From positions 131,297-172,157 of the IMG/VR virus record IMGVR_UViG_3300042906_000857: DNA of 40,861 nt; one strand, 5' to 3'. Shown in pieces: positions 36,242-40,861 of this stretch (its first letter is position 1; every line of letters starts with the position of its first letter). The notes below the pieces were generated by a model. It worked only from the letters and a program-made list of their open reading frames with translations, had not been told where the DNA came from and did no database searches. The stretch comes from a virus (Duplodnaviria > Heunggongvirae > Uroviricota > Caudoviricetes). Both the position numbers and the translations under genes were made by a program.

Positions 36242-38010
36242 TAAGCGTTGGATACTTTAACGAAAGTATTTGCTAAGTCACCATAAATACTAAAATATCT
36301 TATGTGAGCACAACTTGTTGCCGGTATTACGAATGTCGTTGCGTTTACAGTTGAATTAATTGCAGCGCACCCGTGCGTCACGGTTCTATTGGTGCCTCCA
36401 GTATTAACCAACCACAATTCAACTACTTTACCTGCAACAAAGTTACTGTGTGTAACAGTTAAATCTGCAACTAGGTTGGCTTTGATAACGGAATCTGTTC
36501 GATAATCAATTGCAATAGTTGTTTGATTGCCAACAGGAATTCTGCTCGTGTATATAAATCCTTTTTGTGGATTAACTACACCAATAAAGTCTGCTGAGTC
36601 ACCATTCAATGTCAGAATGTTTGTCAGTGTGTTTGAACCAACTGGACAGTTCCAAAACTTAATTTGTGAACCTGTATTTGCATCTGTGAAGTTTTCATTA
36701 GCAACAAAGTCTATGCGTCCTGTACCTAGTGTTTGGAACTTTGTTGTTCCATAACCACTACTTGAATATCTTGCGATTATATCACCAGTCTGTACAGCAC
36801 TAGGATAATCAACATTGCCTCTTGCAGCTCTCGCAGCAAATAAAGCATATGCATCCGTACCATATGCATCAGAAATAACTCTTGTTGGTACATCAGTTTT
36901 ACCTGATATGTGTAACATGTAACCATCATTGGCTGGAAGACTTACGTTTGCAGAAGAAGAAATTGTTACTGCTGCTCGAGTTGAGGATGTAACTGCGTTT
37001 GCTAAAAACAATGAGGTATTCATTGTCACACCACCAACCACGTTCAAAGTACCAGAAACGTTTGCAGTTCCTATTACTTGGAAGTTTGTGGTATTCATTG
37101 CCTGAGCAAACGTATTACCTGTTATGGTTAAGTCGCCTGCGAATGTTCCTGTTGCATTTGCAAGAGCGTTGTTTGCCTTGGTAAATGCTGCATTGGCCTG
37201 TAGGAATGCACCATTGGCATATAGTGCCGCTGAGTTTGCAATTGCTGGTGGCGTATTGGCCACTATAAACGCAGCATTGGCCTTCAAGAAAGCACCATTG
37301 GCATATAACGCAGCAGAGTTTGCAATTGCTGTTGGTGTATTGGCCACTATAAACGCAGCATTCGACTGAACGAAAGCACCATTGGCCTGCAAGAACGCAG
37401 CGTTAGCGGCAGTACCACCAGACAATGAAGAAGTGTTCTGTGAAGTACCGTCAGCAAAGATGATTGGCTTAGTTAATAATTGTAGGCCACCTGTTGCAGA
37501 CATTCTTGCAATGATATCGGAGTTTGCAGTACCACCAGCAAGGAAATTAATTACTCGACCAGAAGATGTTGTACCAATAACTAAATTACCACCAAGACTG
37601 TTTGCAGAATCACCTTGTGAGTATAAGTAACTGTCTAATGGTTTTGAAGCGGTGTCACCTGCATAATTGAATCTGGAATTTTTAATTCCCAGATCAATAT
37701 AGTATGATGAATCGTTTCCTGTATCAGCCGTAACAATATAATCTGCTGAACCATTTGCATTATTGTTTTCTAAATTTACTTGTAAGTAACTTGCATTATT
37801 ACCTACAAATTGTCCAATGACACCAGGAAAAAGAATCTCATTGTTACCAACGTTCAATACGTTGTTCGCATAAAGACCTTCTGCTAAGGTTCTTGCGGTG
37901 AATTGTCCTGTAACTCCAGATGAAACGTCCACACCAATCAATAGTGTGTTAGATGTTTCAGTATCTAAGTGAAGTAGTTCTGGTAGTTGTGAAATTTTTA
38001 CTGTTGACAT
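36241..38010 (-). CDS. Fibre-like virion protein between gp7 and gp8 (589 aa)
   Basis: N-terminal VKISQLP; ANAAF heptads with 84-bp repeat (37208/37292); beta-rich domains. Confidence 0.8.
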   Translation of the reverse strand: MSTVKISQLPELLHLDTETSNTLLIGVDVSSGVTGQFTARTLAEGLYANNVLNVGNNEILFPGVIGQFVGNNASYLQVNLENNNANGSADYIVTADTGNDSSYYIDLGIKNSRFNYAGDTASKPLDSYLYSQGDSANSLGGNLVIGTTSSGRVINFLAGGTANSDIIARMSATGGLQLLTKPIIFADGTSQNTSSLSGGTAANAAFLQANGAFVQSNAAFIVANTPTAIANSAALYANGAFLKANAAFIVANTPPAIANSAALYANGAFLQANAAFTKANNALANATGTFAGDLTITGNTFAQAMNTTNFQVIGTANVSGTLNVVGGVTMNTSLFLANAVTSSTRAAVTISSSANVSLPANDGYMLHISGKTDVPTRVISDAYGTDAYALFAARAARGNVDYPSAVQTGDIIARYSSSGYGTTKFQTLGTGRIDFVANENFTDANTGSQIKFWNCPVGSNTLTNILTLNGDSADFIGVVNPQKGFIYTSRIPVGNQTTIAIDYRTDSVIKANLVADLTVTHSNFVAGKVVELWLVNTGGTNRTVTHGCAAINSTVNATTFVIPATSCAHIRYFSIYGDLANTFVKVSNA

Positions 38011-38013
38011 TGT

Positions 38014-40861
38014 TTACCCCAATAGGATTAGGTTTCCATCTTCTGTTGTTATAGATTGACCATCTTGTGTGATGAGCTCTGGTATATATGATAGACCAAC
38101 TGGCCCATATATCTTAATTTGATTTGATGAGATTGAACTGTTTGCAATAAAGGTTCTGTTAACATTAAGGTATGAATTTGTTGCAGCAGATAAATTGGCT
38201 GTTAGATATATCTTACCTTTGACATAATCGATTGCATTAACAACCTTACTTGTATTGTTACCAACAAGAACTTTATCACCCACAAATACAATATCTTTTA
38301 GTGGATAAGTTGGGTCACTATAATTACCATTGTTCATCAAGTCATAAAGACCTGTCAGTGATGTAATATTTAGTGTGTTTGAACCGGAGTTACCTGTAAC
38401 AACCGCAACGTTTGAATATGTTAACCAAACATTGCTTGCAAGTGTGACGGTGTTCGATGATTCATTTACTGAAACAACTTCGGAGTAAACATTAGGACCA
38501 TTCTTTGTAGAGATTTCAATTGTAGAGTAACCTGGATTAATTAACAGGCCTATGCTTGCACCCAACATATTGTTAAACTTAACTATGTTGTTACTCTTGT
38601 TTGTAAAGTCTGTGGCAATAGTTATCGCATCAGATACATTTGATCCAAGATAATAAGATAAAGGTCTTCCATCATTTAACGCATCATATGAGTGTAGATT
38701 TACATTGTTGTTTGATTTTAAACCGTAACGACCCAACACATTTGTGCCTAGTGGATGCAACAAACTCAATAGAACATCTCTGTATTTTGAAATTTCTCTT
38801 TCGACTGTAATCAAATAAGTAAAGTTGTTGTACCTATTGTCTTGCATAACGTCATAAGAACTTGGTTGTCCTTGAGTTGTCAAGTACTGACCATCACCAA
38901 TCACCAGACCGTTTAGGAATGTTGCATTGGCCTTTGCTGAACCATCACCATATGATATGAAGCCTTGGTTATTATAATCTCTTGTGTAGATTGTTTTATT
39001 ACCCAAAGAATCTAAGTAATTATATACCTTTTGAAACTGTGGGAAGGCCGAGTTAGCCATATCTAAGTTGATGTTTCTTGTATCACCCAATATCTTCAAC
39101 TCTAATGTTGGATTAGGATTGGCATTGTAATTAAATACTCTCAAATTATATAACGATGCCGTTGGATCCGCATCTGTTGCCAACAATGATACAGAGTTAA
39201 CTCTTGCTACATAGGTCGAAAGGTTGATTGAAGGACCTTGATAGATGAATTCACCTTGTCTAGGTAGATTCTCAATCGCAACATTAGACACAACAATGTC
39301 CTGAACCTTTAGTGATACACCAGGTTGTTGCTCATAATCTTCACCGTAATTCAAAACGTTTACAGTTGTAACTGAACCAACACGGTCAACAACCAATGAA
39401 AAATCTGCACCAGTACCTATAATTCCCGGTACGGATAATACTGCGCCTGAGGCCGTTGCATTAGATGAGTTAACTGTTGCTGAAGGAAGAAAATCGTTCT
39501 TGTAACCTAGTCCACCTAACGGATACATTGGACGTGCATCCGCAGGATTAAATACGTATGTTATTCCTGTAATTGTTCCGTTGGCACCAATAGATGTTAC
39601 GTTAGCATAAGAACCTCTACCTGAACCGCCTGTAAAAACTATTCGGTCGTTGGCTCGATAGTAACCACCGCCACGGATTATTTGAATGGGTGATAATATA
39701 CCTAATGATGCAATATCAGAGTTTGATCCACCGTAAGTATTATTCACATCTTCTGTTGAATATGTTGAAGTGACTACAATACTTGGTATAGAAGCAATAC
39801 CACCGCCACCATTCTCAACTTCTATGCTTGAAATTGCACTGGTTTCCAATGTTAAGAACGACAGTGCATCAATTAATTTAGTGTTAGCATTTGCACTGGC
39901 CATATTGGCAAATAGGAAGTTACTATTACCCAATAATATATTTTGTCTGAAACCTATAACGTCTGTTGGTAAGAAACTAACATTTGATCTTGCATTACCT
40001 GGAGCTGTTGATGTTGTTATTAATGCACCAGAAGCTAAAGTGTTTGATGATACAACAACACCAGTTAAACCAACTATTGCCTGTGCATTGACTGATGGCA
40101 CATACTTTATACTTGTAATAGAACCTGTTGATGTAACACTAGAAACATATGCGAAAGGTGAATCTTGATAATTAACTCTGTCGTTGATGCGGTAACCAGT
40201 ACCACCGGTTACAATTGTATAAGATGGTGGTAAAAAATTTGCAATTGCTGATACGTTTGCTTTAGCACCGGTGCCACCAATTATATTTACGATTGTATTT
40301 GGCTTCAATGAGTAACCAAAACCACCATTCACAATGTTAATTCTTTGTACAGAACCTTTTGTAGTCTCACCAATGATTGCTGAAGCACCAATACCAGTGA
40401 GTGGATCATCTAAACCATCAAACACAACAACTGGATCACCAGGTTGGTACAATGAACCTCTGTTCACTGGATTAATTTTAATCTGACTAATTTGACCAAC
40501 AATCTTAGCTCTGAGTGTTGTGCCACCGAACAACACATTTTGATTGTTACTATCAACTATACGAACCATTTCACCTGATTGAAAGAGTCTTTCGATATTG
40601 GATATGAAAACTTCAATCTTATTACCAACAAGTATACAATTTTCAATCGTTGCAATTGACTTTGATTCTTCACCGAATACTCTAAGGTTTTTGGTACTTA
40701 AAAAGTTTGTGTCACCACTGGCCAACTTTAAACTTTTGGCAACGTACCAAGAACCAGCTGAGGCCTTGAACACAGCATCTTTAGTATTGAATACTTCGAA
40801 CTCAGAGTTAAAAAGTATACGGAAAAGAAACTCGTATGAAGCAGGTGTACCTTTTGTCTGG
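38014..40861 (-). CDS. gp7: Baseplate wedge protein (gp7-like), 5' partial
   Basis: Frame is open to the right edge (QTKGTPASYEFLFRILFN...FKASAGSW); GGxGY repeats; QDNRYNNFTY...LLHPLG; upstream of gp8. Confidence 0.75.
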   Translation of the reverse strand, partial: QTKGTPASYEFLFRILFNSEFEVFNTKDAVFKASAGSWYVAKSLKLASGDTNFLSTKNLRVFGEESKSIATIENCILVGNKIEVFISNIERLFQSGEMVRIVDSNNQNVLFGGTTLRAKIVGQISQIKINPVNRGSLYQPGDPVVVFDGLDDPLTGIGASAIIGETTKGSVQRINIVNGGFGYSLKPNTIVNIIGGTGAKANVSAIANFLPPSYTIVTGGTGYRINDRVNYQDSPFAYVSSVTSTGSITSIKYVPSVNAQAIVGLTGVVVSSNTLASGALITTSTAPGNARSNVSFLPTDVIGFRQNILLGNSNFLFANMASANANTKLIDALSFLTLETSAISSIEVENGGGGIASIPSIVVTSTYSTEDVNNTYGGSNSDIASLGILSPIQIIRGGGYYRANDRIVFTGGSGRGSYANVTSIGANGTITGITYVFNPADARPMYPLGGLGYKNDFLPSATVNSSNATASGAVLSVPGIIGTGADFSLVVDRVGSVTTVNVLNYGEDYEQQPGVSLKVQDIVVSNVAIENLPRQGEFIYQGPSINLSTYVARVNSVSLLATDADPTASLYNLRVFNYNANPNPTLELKILGDTRNINLDMANSAFPQFQKVYNYLDSLGNKTIYTRDYNNQGFISYGDGSAKANATFLNGLVIGDGQYLTTQGQPSSYDVMQDNRYNNFTYLITVEREISKYRDVLLSLLHPLGTNVLGRYGLKSNNNVNLHSYDALNDGRPLSYYLGSNVSDAITIATDFTNKSNNIVKFNNMLGASIGLLINPGYSTIEISTKNGPNVYSEVVSVNESSNTVTLASNVWLTYSNVAVVTGNSGSNTLNITSLTGLYDLMNNGNYSDPTYPLKDIVFVGDKVLVGNNTSKVVNAIDYVKGKIYLTANLSAATNSYLNVNRTFIANSSISSNQIKIYGPVGLSYIPELITQDGQSITTEDGNLILLG

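Noticed and set aside
540-40168. Many plus-strand and alternate-frame ORFs in the track
   Set aside because: They are antisense or shifted shadows of stop-poor, T/A/G/S-rich minus-strand genes (V/P/L/A-rich, no motifs), fully overlapped by better-supported genes

Overview
The window is a densely coding, entirely minus-strand virion-structure (late) region of a large T4-like myovirus with cyanophage/aquatic-type gene order; the host cannot be determined. In transcription order (right to left) it holds a partial gp7-like baseplate wedge gene, an inserted fibre-like gene, gp8, a 2129-aa VrlC-like structural protein, a tail fibre with a peptidase S74 chaperone, and then about 24 kb of fibre, adaptor and adhesin-like genes. 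These are built from a small set of reused modules: ANxA[FY] heptads, 'NGxxQ' beta-domains, LamG-like cassettes, Gly-rich domains and a 2409-aa repeat protein. ATAAATA late-promoter-like motifs divide the region. The most notable pattern is a recurring pairing of protein termini: particular C-terminal motifs are repeatedly followed by particular N-terminal motifs or small adaptor genes. This suggests a modular plug-and-socket code for building a chained or branched fibre. That model is inference, and all family assignments are from motif recognition with no database search. No RNA genes, CRISPR arrays or mobile elements were seen.
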